A stretch of 64,000 bases of DNA from an uncultured bacterium. Lineage in GTDB: Bacteria > Acidobacteriota > Thermoanaerobaculia > Multivoradales > JAHZIX01. The notes under the pieces were generated by a model. It worked only from the letters and a program-made list of their open reading frames with translations, did no database searches and was not told the DNA's origin. The translations under genes were made by a program, and so were the position numbers. This document shows, in pieces, positions 20,473-28,644 of the stretch. The stretch covers positions 64,001-128,000 of the forward strand of contig CBDUPA010000017.1 of assembly GCA_965368975.1 (NCBI GenBank), given 5' to 3'. Within the stretch, counting starts at the first letter, position 1. The number at the start of each line of letters is the position of its first letter.

Positions 20473-22047
20473 TTAGCGCCTCCAAAGCCGAAGGGTTTTG
20501 CGTGAGAGTTTTCTAGCAATTTTTGATGCGAAGTTCAAGGTATTCACAAACATTTTCAGGAGCCGGCGCTCGATGGGTAGGTCCAGGATGCCATCCTGCA
20601 GTGAAGCCATGGCTTCGACCAATTGCTGATGAACCTGACTTGAATTTCTTTGCGTTGCCAATGTCGTCTGCAGGAGTTTCTGTAGAGTAGTATGCGTGGG
20701 TATCAAAGTGGTCGATGGATCGGCAAGAGTCGAAGTGCTTCGTGTCGCCTCAACGACCTCTAGCGTACTGGTCCACCGTGATTCGAGGCGACTGACAATT
20801 TCCGCTAGTTGTTCATATGATCCGGCGAGTGAAGTCTGTAGGATCTGGGTTTGCGCCAAGCTGTCGGAGCCAATTCGAGTAACAGTACTGACCATTCCTT
20901 CCATGTGAGATAGAGGTGTGAGCAGTTCGTTGAACTGTTGCAACAGAGCCTGCAGGTTCCTTTGCAAGTTCCCGACAAGGTTGCGGTTACTATTCTCAAG
21001 CGCGGTCTCCAGTCGCTGCGTGAGTCGCTCGGGTGAGAGCGTCTGGTAGATGTCTCTTAGCTCGGTCAGTAGCAGTTTCTGATCGTCTTGTACCTGGCCA
21101 AGGAACGAATCCAGATGCTCTCGAGCCTCTGCAAGATCGCCCATGCCCTGCTGTAGAGCGTTAGTCTGTGCAGCGATTCTATCGCTTTGATGAAGGATAC
21201 GATCGCTCACCTGGCGGACTGCGGTCTGTACTTCGTTCAGTTCGGCTAGATATGCATCGTTGTTGATACTGTTCCGTGCCATTGAAGTCAGGCCGACTGT
21301 AGCCTCTTCCATGCTGCGGAAATATTCCTGTTGGCGCTGCTGAACGATCAAAGCTAGAAGTTTCAATAAGATAGCTACTTCAATGCCAGCAATGCTCGTA
21401 CTGAAGGCAACCCCGAGATTGTTGAGAAGCCCCTGCAGATCTTCTGGATTTAGTTGTCTTCCGGCTGTCGGAGTGAGATGAGACAAAGCGAAGAGTAGTC
21501 CGACAAAAGTACCGAGGATGCCTACCTGAAGGGCGATACGCTGCAGACTTTGCAAGCGGGACAGACCAGCGAATGCGCCCTCACGGAATGGCTGCATAAG
21601 ACTAAAGGGGGGAGAGAACCGCCGATCCTTAGCCTCGCGTAGTATGTGTTCGAAGAGGCGCAAGATATCTATTTCTCTCTCGGGATTCTGAGGCAGATAG
21701 CGTGCCCCGAGGGCATCCAGCGATGGGCGCGAGAGCGCGCCACCTTCTATACGACGGAGGTCGCTGGCCGCATGCTCGTCAACGCGATCTGCGATCTCAA
21801 TGCTAACTATCAACATGGCCAAGATCTTGCTGGCTAGAATAACACCCCAGATGGCAAGACTATGAATAGCGATAGGTGGTAGCCACACGAGGTAGTTCTC
21901 TGTGACAAGAGCTAGGAAACCCAGGCAGAGGCCCACGGTCAGTATGATGCAAGACACCGTGAACAACCAGCGCTCTCGCAGCCAGAAGGCGGGAAAGCGA
22001 ATCACGTCCTTGGGAGCTTGCAGCGCGAAATCATGATTGCTCATCAT
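20473..22047 (-). CDS. ZorA-like MotA/TolQ/ExbB-family proton-channel protein with long helical cytoplasmic tail
   Basis: N-terminal hydrophobic helices, QVGILGTFVGL and LGVAFSTSIAG channel motifs, then about 290 aa of Leu/Gln-rich helical tail. The tail is a ZorA hallmark absent from MotA/ExbB. Confidence 0.82.
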   Translation of the reverse strand: MMSNHDFALQAPKDVIRFPAFWLRERWLFTVSCIILTVGLCLGFLALVTENYLVWLPPIAIHSLAIWGVILASKILAMLIVSIEIADRVDEHAASDLRRIEGGALSRPSLDALGARYLPQNPEREIDILRLFEHILREAKDRRFSPPFSLMQPFREGAFAGLSRLQSLQRIALQVGILGTFVGLLFALSHLTPTAGRQLNPEDLQGLLNNLGVAFSTSIAGIEVAILLKLLALIVQQRQQEYFRSMEEATVGLTSMARNSINNDAYLAELNEVQTAVRQVSDRILHQSDRIAAQTNALQQGMGDLAEAREHLDSFLGQVQDDQKLLLTELRDIYQTLSPERLTQRLETALENSNRNLVGNLQRNLQALLQQFNELLTPLSHMEGMVSTVTRIGSDSLAQTQILQTSLAGSYEQLAEIVSRLESRWTSTLEVVEATRSTSTLADPSTTLIPTHTTLQKLLQTTLATQRNSSQVHQQLVEAMASLQDGILDLPIERRLLKMFVNTLNFASKIARKLSRKTLRLWRR

Positions 22048-24322
22048 TGTCCTCGCTTCCTGTCGTCAGCTGCTTCTGGATAGGTGTCGTTCGGGGATTG
22101 AGAAGGGGGGTTAGATCCTGGAAGGCTGATAGTTCATCTGCGTCTTCAGGCTTTTCCTTGTCTCCTCGGAGGCGCAGAGGTCCAAAGTCAGGCTCACGAT
22201 GGAGAGACTCAGCCATTAGGCTGTCGATCCGAGTCTGGAGATCAAGCAACGTTGGATCATCGGCTGGTACTTCGGCATCCAGCAGCTCTCGCTTCTTCGT
22301 CTCAAGACGCTGGTACTCAGCTAGTCGATTCTGAGAGATTCCTTCGATCAAGTTTATGTCTGCGTTACTGGCAGACTTGAGGCGATTGGTATTAGTCAGC
22401 TTCTTCAGATGTTCCGCCGATGTTGAGTCGCGATTGACGACCAGTAGCTCGATCTCAAGACCGAAGGTTCTGGCCACAGGGCCCAGACTGCTAGCGAACA
22501 ATTCAACCAGTTGAGATTTTTGTTTCCACGTCCTGAAATGCAGGTATTGGGGGGGAAGTGTTGCGAGCCGTTCACGTAGGCCGGCGCCTAGAACTTCCTC
22601 AATAGCTTCTGTTTCTTTCTCAGGAGAGCCGTAGTTCTTTGATAAGAAAATGTGCCAGCCTTCTGATAGGACGCTTCGAACTTGATAGACAATGCGGTAG
22701 GTGACGTTCTCCGATGTTTCATCTAGATTGTGCGGTTCAACGGTGAGTTTGAAGCTGCGATGTCGTCGGCACAGTTCGGTGATGCGTTCTGTGATGCGAT
22801 CTTCCTGCATCCTGAAGACAATCTGGATGTCGTCGGCACTGACGCGTGTAGAAAGGCGCTGTACGATTTGCTGTTGGATCTCATCTGCCACAGACTGCGT
22901 CGCGCTGAGTTCTGGCATGTTGAAATGAAGATAGAATTGCTTAGGTGTGACAGAGTGAAGTGCCTGCTCCGCCCCTTCCTCTGCTTGTGTCCGAATCAGA
23001 TTCTTGATCTGGGCAGTGGGAGTGAGTAGGCGTTCAATTTTGCGAAGATCAGGGATACGGCCAGTCACGACTAATCCCATATTGACCGATACTCTGGGAT
23101 CGGACGTTGCATAGGACCGTGATGATTCGACCTTGAATCCATCGCGTTGAATGACAAGGGGTTCTAGGTCGGTAAGAACGACATGGTGTTTGATCGTGTA
23201 ACCGAGTGATTCCGCTCGATGCTTGACCGCAGTCTTGATTTGCTCAGCTAGCTCCGTAAAATCAAGCAGTAGGCCGACATAGGTCTTATCAAAAAGATGG
23301 TCTTGGATGACGCCTACAACTTCAGTGTTCCACCAGGCGTCGAGTGATTCAAAGCCGCTTCGCTCCCAGAGTCCCGAATTGCGCAGTCTTAGGCGGATGG
23401 TGTTGTGTACTGGGATCTTGGTCTTAGTACCTCGAATCGTGCACTCAACTGTGCGCTCGATCTCGAGAGTTCTTGCTTCAGGAGTAGGAGCGTCACTGTG
23501 GAGTTTCAGGTAGCTGACCTGACGGCCGTACTTGGCCAAGGTTCGATCTAGGCTCACTAGCACCTTGTCGCGGAGTCGTTCGGTACGTTCGAAGTGGAAT
23601 TCATGGAGCGTTACTGCTTGCTGGAAGAAGCGCTGGAGGGATTCTTTGACTCGAACCCCAAGCTTGTGTTCGTCCCTTCGAAGCAGTAACGCCTGCAGCT
23701 CCCCGTTCTGAGCAACATCAAGGGTTGTTGTGACCTCAAGACTCAGCGCGTCATCGTTGTCCATGACCCGAACTGAGAAGGCTTCGATCGTGAGATTGAT
23801 TGGTTTGAGCTCACCGCCAGCCGGGCGAATCTGGCACTGAGCCAGAAGCCCTGCTTCCTCAATAAGATGTGTGCACAGATCCTGTTCAAGATAGTCGCGC
23901 AGTTTTGAAAAACTCTCAGATGGCTCTGAGCTTCTTTGACTTCGTGCGCGATGTTGCTGCTCTAATCGACGTGCTACGAGTTTGTTCAGAGCCAGGAGGG
24001 TACTGTCATCGCTGGCAAGGCATTGAACAAGCGTGTTCTCTCTGTTGGGCGCGCACTCAAGGAATAGTTTAGCCTCTAGCTCCAACGATCGACCGTCGAG
24101 TCTCTTCAGAATGACCGCATCGGTAACGAGTTCGACTTGAGATTCTGTGGAAACTAAGTAGTACCGGACTTCTCGCCATGGCTGAAGGATTGGAGGCTTC
24201 GGGAGTACCCGACGGTGCCGAACGTCGAATATCAGGATCTTGCCTACGATGCTCGGGGAGCCCTTCCGCGAACGAGAGGGTACTCGGCGAATCAATGTGT
24301 CGAGAGGCTGGATACTGCTCAT
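22031..24322 (-). CDS. Hypothetical protein with about five tandem SPFH/band-7-like domains and a C-terminal coiled coil
   Basis: Start ATG at 24322 after GAGGGAG. Recurrent helix-Gly-strand endings: EAGLLAQCQI, KYGRQVSYLKL, SLGYTIKHHVV, RVSADDIQIVF, TFGLEIELLVV. The first three Gly codons are exactly 324 nt apart. Confidence 0.6.
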   Translation of the reverse strand: MSSIQPLDTLIRRVPSRSRKGSPSIVGKILIFDVRHRRVLPKPPILQPWREVRYYLVSTESQVELVTDAVILKRLDGRSLELEAKLFLECAPNRENTLVQCLASDDSTLLALNKLVARRLEQQHRARSQRSSEPSESFSKLRDYLEQDLCTHLIEEAGLLAQCQIRPAGGELKPINLTIEAFSVRVMDNDDALSLEVTTTLDVAQNGELQALLLRRDEHKLGVRVKESLQRFFQQAVTLHEFHFERTERLRDKVLVSLDRTLAKYGRQVSYLKLHSDAPTPEARTLEIERTVECTIRGTKTKIPVHNTIRLRLRNSGLWERSGFESLDAWWNTEVVGVIQDHLFDKTYVGLLLDFTELAEQIKTAVKHRAESLGYTIKHHVVLTDLEPLVIQRDGFKVESSRSYATSDPRVSVNMGLVVTGRIPDLRKIERLLTPTAQIKNLIRTQAEEGAEQALHSVTPKQFYLHFNMPELSATQSVADEIQQQIVQRLSTRVSADDIQIVFRMQEDRITERITELCRRHRSFKLTVEPHNLDETSENVTYRIVYQVRSVLSEGWHIFLSKNYGSPEKETEAIEEVLGAGLRERLATLPPQYLHFRTWKQKSQLVELFASSLGPVARTFGLEIELLVVNRDSTSAEHLKKLTNTNRLKSASNADINLIEGISQNRLAEYQRLETKKRELLDAEVPADDPTLLDLQTRIDSLMAESLHREPDFGPLRLRGDKEKPEDADELSAFQDLTPLLNPRTTPIQKQLTTGSEDNDEQS

Positions 24323-24333
24323 TTTATACTCCC

Positions 24334-27027
24334 TCAGTTGCTCGAGTCGCTTCTCGCACCTGGCATACAATCAAGACGGGCAGATTTGAGTTGCTGCTCT
24401 AAGGAGAGCGAATGGATTCTTAGAGCTCGGAGTACGAGTCGCTTCTCGGTTTGAGTTCGATCCATGCGCTGGAGTTCCGTGGTATATTGTTGCCGCTGAG
24501 TGCGCAAGCTTGCCAGGAGCAGTGCTTGCTGCTGATAGTCGGTGATAGCAAGTGTCTCGGTGAGGAGGCTACGAACGAGCGCACTGCTTTCGGGGTGGGC
24601 TTCTTCCTTCTGAGCGCCTTGTAGGGCGAAACACCAGCTTTCGAGCACCGATGCACGCATGTCCCAAGTTTGTTTTGTTGCATTTGCGCGTTGAATCTCG
24701 TTTGCTGGGGCGGGCGGCCCCAAAGCGTCCTCTTCGAGCAAACTCATGAACTGAAGAATTGCATCTGAAGTAGATGGATGAAAGAGCCAGCGAACGAGTC
24801 TCTTGGTGCGTTGATTGCACTGAGCGCTGTCCTGAGTTATGACACGTAGCAGGGGTTGATCTGGTGGCCAGGCTGGAGACAGCGCGGAGCTTTCTGAGAT
24901 AGTTACTTCCGAAGTATAGACTCCGATAATGATAAGGCTAAAGGTCGCTGACGCAGGTAGACTCTTGGCTTCATTCCGGGGGAGCCAGTCTGACAATTGC
25001 TCTAGCAGCTCTGCCGCGTGCTGCCCTGGCTGTAGCACTCGCATCGACAGAGATTCCATTGCTAGGTCTCTGGTCTCAGGAGGGCTCTCGTCAATGAGGC
25101 GCTTCATCCAGTACAGTGCCTTGAAACGAGAGTCGAAGCGTAAGCGATCGGCAACCTCCAGAACAAGATCCAGAGCACTGCTATGCGATTTGCGTTCAAG
25201 AAAGAACGCGAGTCCCCTGTCGATCGCACTAGTGAGTTGGTGATGTTCTAGCATGTCACGCAGGAGATCTGCGATTCGCTGGTATGTCTCGGAATCTGGC
25301 TCTCTATCTAGTTTGGTTTCCAGGTCTGCTTCGTGGGCGTTATGGGAAGTAAAGACCAAGTCGAATAGCCACGATGGTTCCAGACGTCCTGGATCTGCAA
25401 TTGACATTTGAATGAACAAACGGCTTACGCATCGCACCAGCTCTGGTGATGTTTCTGGAGCTAGAAGAGTATCTTTATCTATGACGGTTTGAAATACACT
25501 GTAGATACGGCTTGTATTGTTAGACCAGAGATGCTTGAGTAATTCTTGATGGTGCTTGGGACGCTTGAACTTGACGATGTGACGTCCGTCTTCAAGGCTC
25601 ATCACGTGAAGTTTACTGTGCCGTAAGTGGCCGTCCGGGTCCTTCTTCCAGAGCCTGAGGAGAGAGCACAAAGCTTCTTGCTGGGCAATCTTGAGCTTTC
25701 CCTTCTTGGTTGTTCTTGCTATCGAGACTTTAGCTACTTGTCTTCGATCGGAAAAGACGATGGTTAGAACTCGCAGGAAATCTGTCGGGTTTATTTCTCT
25801 GAACAGAGTACCCACAAACATCGCTGTTTTGTGCAGCTCAGAGCTTTCTTCAAAGAATTCGGCAATTGAGAATTCTCGTGCTGCTTCCTCGGTTTGGTGG
25901 CGTTGTCTCTCATCAAGTTCGTCTTCCAGCTTTCTAAGCCCCTGGCAGATGACCGCTCTCAGATCTCGATAGAAGTCAGTATCGCTTCGCGGCCACAATC
26001 CTTGCTGTCTCTGGGCCAGCAGGCGTTTCTCGATTGTGTCCACCCTGCGACCAAAGTGGTCTTCTAGTATGGGGCGAAGGAATGGAATTTCGATGTGGGG
26101 AAAGGGAAAGTCATCTTTACGGCGATAGAAAGAATTTGAGATGGAAGAATCTATTTGTAGCAGTATTGATAGTTGAAGTTCTTCGAATCTGTCTGTAAGG
26201 AAGTTCGCTTTATATGGGTGGGTCATGGCGGAGTCTAAGAAGGTGCTAGCGTCACGAATGTGTATCAGTAGGACTACAGAGTCGGAGTGCCCAATCTTCA
26301 ATTCTGTGAACTGATCCAGGGAATTAGATTTATCATGATGACTGGCCGCTTCGGCTCTGTTCCCGGAACTGTTGAGTTGTTGGTGCCTTGCTTCAGATTC
26401 AGGGCTAGGTTGGTAAAAGCGTTGCTCAGCATGCCTGAACGAAGGTGAGTCCATGATTGCTCTGGCGGCAGCCTCGTTAACATTGTTAGCTGCCCCTGTT
26501 ATTGCAAGTACTCGATGTTCCAGAAGCTCCTCTGCGCATCCTCTTAATAAGCGATTTCGTTGAACCGTCGGCAAGTGATGCATTTTTTTCGGAAGAGGGA
26601 TCGTGCGATCTGTCGGTTCATAGCTCTTGGATACAGGGAGTTCAAACCGCTGAACAGAGGCTATGAACTGTTGCTGAATGGATTGCTCGTTTCGACCGTC
26701 TGATCTGGGCTTGGCTACCGTCTTGTCGGAGTTGCTCTCCTCTTTGTCTGGTGAGGGAGCGGTTGCGATGTCTTCGATTGTTGGGCTTGTGTCGGGACCG
26801 TCGAGACTTCTTCGGCTTGATTCTTTTGAACTGGAAGGTTCTGACGGAGCAGACTTATCGCTGTTTGTCTTTGGTTCCCTATTCTTGATTTTCTCAGGAA
26901 GAGTTGCTTCGTTGGCCAGATCGTCCTCTCCCGTCTGCTTCTGATTTCCAAGCTCCGTTTCCTGAGCTGGATCATTATCCGGCTTGGCTGATGCGTGCTG
27001 CCCTTGGTGGTTCTGTGTTTTTGTCAT
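24334..27027 (-). CDS. Hypothetical 897-aa protein: disordered N-terminus, Q-rich motif, degenerate STAND-like P-loop region, alpha-helical repeat C-terminus
   Basis: ATG at 27027, 1 nt after the CHAT stop. About 110-aa S/E/D/K/P-rich N-terminus. RVLAITGAANNVNEAAARAI at the Walker A position, lacking GKT. VVLLIHIRD is Walker-B-like. The C-terminal half is Leu-rich and helical. Confidence 0.55.
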   Translation of the reverse strand: MTKTQNHQGQHASAKPDNDPAQETELGNQKQTGEDDLANEATLPEKIKNREPKTNSDKSAPSEPSSSKESSRRSLDGPDTSPTIEDIATAPSPDKEESNSDKTVAKPRSDGRNEQSIQQQFIASVQRFELPVSKSYEPTDRTIPLPKKMHHLPTVQRNRLLRGCAEELLEHRVLAITGAANNVNEAAARAIMDSPSFRHAEQRFYQPSPESEARHQQLNSSGNRAEAASHHDKSNSLDQFTELKIGHSDSVVLLIHIRDASTFLDSAMTHPYKANFLTDRFEELQLSILLQIDSSISNSFYRRKDDFPFPHIEIPFLRPILEDHFGRRVDTIEKRLLAQRQQGLWPRSDTDFYRDLRAVICQGLRKLEDELDERQRHQTEEAAREFSIAEFFEESSELHKTAMFVGTLFREINPTDFLRVLTIVFSDRRQVAKVSIARTTKKGKLKIAQQEALCSLLRLWKKDPDGHLRHSKLHVMSLEDGRHIVKFKRPKHHQELLKHLWSNNTSRIYSVFQTVIDKDTLLAPETSPELVRCVSRLFIQMSIADPGRLEPSWLFDLVFTSHNAHEADLETKLDREPDSETYQRIADLLRDMLEHHQLTSAIDRGLAFFLERKSHSSALDLVLEVADRLRFDSRFKALYWMKRLIDESPPETRDLAMESLSMRVLQPGQHAAELLEQLSDWLPRNEAKSLPASATFSLIIIGVYTSEVTISESSALSPAWPPDQPLLRVITQDSAQCNQRTKRLVRWLFHPSTSDAILQFMSLLEEDALGPPAPANEIQRANATKQTWDMRASVLESWCFALQGAQKEEAHPESSALVRSLLTETLAITDYQQQALLLASLRTQRQQYTTELQRMDRTQTEKRLVLRALRIHSLSLEQQLKSARLDCMPGARSDSSN

Positions 27028-27028
27028 G

Positions 27029-28288
27029 TCATGTCTTCTTCGGCGAGATGGCGTTGATGTCACCGAAATTCTGTCGGCTAGCTACAAACTGCTGTTGAAC
27101 GTGCGCATTTTCCATTGCTATGGAGAGTCCTGAACCTGCATCTGTCGCTTGTGTGAGAGTTGGAGTTTGTTTGCCTGGAGTCACTGAGTTCTTGCCATGC
27201 AGTGATCGTTCTGGCTTGGATCCGCGCTGAGGTGAACAGACTTGCCCCTCTTGGAGTCGCATGAACAGAACTGGATCGGTCCAGCGTGAAGAGTTCGGAT
27301 CATTCAAATAGAGACGATGCCGAGTCTCGTTCAAAGCCAAGTCGACATAGCCCGAATGGAGCAGTTGTTGGTAGAAGTGGCGAGGAAATTCCTCCGCAGT
27401 TTGAAAGGAGAGCGAGTCCTGCATCGATATGACAGCGGGTACTCCCTTCCGGACCAGTCGTCGCCCCAGCCCGGAGAAAGGGTTCGCGGCTGTAGCGACG
27501 CCTCCATGGCAGCTGAGGAGGTTGAGAAGCCGTAGATTCTGTGCGCCTAGGAATACCTCGGAGAAGAGATCTTCCTCGACAAAGTCACATGTTCGATCAG
27601 GAGATTCCATAACCATTGTTCCCTTCGCCGTACCCTGATGCAAGAAGCTGTGACCCACGAGGTGCAATATGTGCCATGGAGCAACGGTGAGGCGGTGCCT
27701 TAGGTGTTCCGCCGTCGCCGGAGGTTCGAGAAAGTCCCAGATTATCTGGCCACGAAAGGGGGTCAATACTTCATTCAGTTCACCCATCGTCGATTCGAGA
27801 TCGATCAAGGGCAGTCCGAACTGGTTGCTGTTCAGCGGAGCGACAATGGCTATGAGTAGTTTGGGCTTCCCGATAGCTGGTAATGCTGTATCTAGCCCAA
27901 TGGGTGCATACCTGGAGAAGGCGGTTCTGGGCGAGCGTGCGAGACTCAGCTCCGCATCGGGATCGTGCAGAGTCTCCCAGCGAAGGCTGTGCAGTTCTCT
28001 AGGTGTAGCGTGAGCCAGCGAGAGCTTGAATCTGATGCGGCTCTTGGCACTGTTCAGTGTCCGTCGATACAATGCTCGCATTGGGTCACCGGTTGGGAGT
28101 AACGCTTCAAACAGCCTAGAGCCATACTCGTGGGTCTGGTGGAGTTTGAGGTGTTTGAGTTCACCTACTAGTTCTGGTGACAAGCGAGGACGGCCTGAGG
28201 CTTTGCTGGACGGAGAACGTATCTGTCCCTGGTTCCGGTCCAGAATGTCAACTTCCAGGTCGATGAGCGAAGTTTCTGTCATGTGCAT
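27029..28288 (-). CDS. CHAT-domain (caspase-like, clan CD) protease with low-complexity C-terminal tail
   Basis: ELHSLRWETL, HILHLVGHS (catalytic His), LLNLLSCHGG (catalytic Cys), GVPAVISMQ, FYQQL, WTDPVLFMR. Confidence 0.88.
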   Translation of the reverse strand: MHMTETSLIDLEVDILDRNQGQIRSPSSKASGRPRLSPELVGELKHLKLHQTHEYGSRLFEALLPTGDPMRALYRRTLNSAKSRIRFKLSLAHATPRELHSLRWETLHDPDAELSLARSPRTAFSRYAPIGLDTALPAIGKPKLLIAIVAPLNSNQFGLPLIDLESTMGELNEVLTPFRGQIIWDFLEPPATAEHLRHRLTVAPWHILHLVGHSFLHQGTAKGTMVMESPDRTCDFVEEDLFSEVFLGAQNLRLLNLLSCHGGVATAANPFSGLGRRLVRKGVPAVISMQDSLSFQTAEEFPRHFYQQLLHSGYVDLALNETRHRLYLNDPNSSRWTDPVLFMRLQEGQVCSPQRGSKPERSLHGKNSVTPGKQTPTLTQATDAGSGLSIAMENAHVQQQFVASRQNFGDINAISPKKT

Positions 28289-28469
28289 TCTCTTTGCTGG
28301 AGCGGGGAACTCTTTGCTTCAGAGTGGACCTCTCAAGGTGGTGCGCGCTAGGGACATCCCTAGGATTCATGGATCTAGTACATGGACACTGGCGGGAGTT
28401 TTCTTGTTGCGAAAGGAATTCGGATCTCGGTGTAGCTTCCTGGAGCCGAACTCTTGGAAGCCGCACTAG

Positions 28470-28644
28470 GGTTCAGCCAGAACGAAGCCTGTTCACCCCG
28501 AGCCATGACGAGCCAGTGGTTCGACCGACTGGTTTCCCCGCCAGTCGCAGGATTCCGCCAGGAGGCCTTTCAGCGGCATGGTTGGGACTCTGGAGATCCG
28601 GACATATCATTGAGTTCTTGGGGGCAGGCGACTGGGAAGTCTGA
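28470..28644 (+). pseudogene. Decayed Phd/YefM-like antitoxin remnant
   Basis: Fragments in shifting frames read ...HDEPVVR/LVSPP...FSGMVGTLEI/GHIIEFLGAGDWEV*. This resembles the typical antitoxin C-terminus (PVARLVP...GxMxGTxxIxGDIIEP...WE). No intact start was found. Confidence 0.5.

Larger units (their letters stand above)
19660..28288 (-). mobile_element. Low-GC accessory island (five-gene putative defence operon); no integrase or transposase seen
   Basis: Abrupt drop from ~70% to ~50% GC (sampled lines 47-53%). Many CTAG sites, which are rare in the flanks. Genes abut or overlap on one strand. Confidence 0.7.

Noticed and set aside
19660-22047. Flagellar motAB or exbBD/tolQR assignment
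   Set aside because: No flagellar or tonB genes are nearby. The A subunit has a long tail, the B subunit has an OmpA rather than an ExbD domain, and the pair lies in a foreign-composition operon with a CHAT protease.
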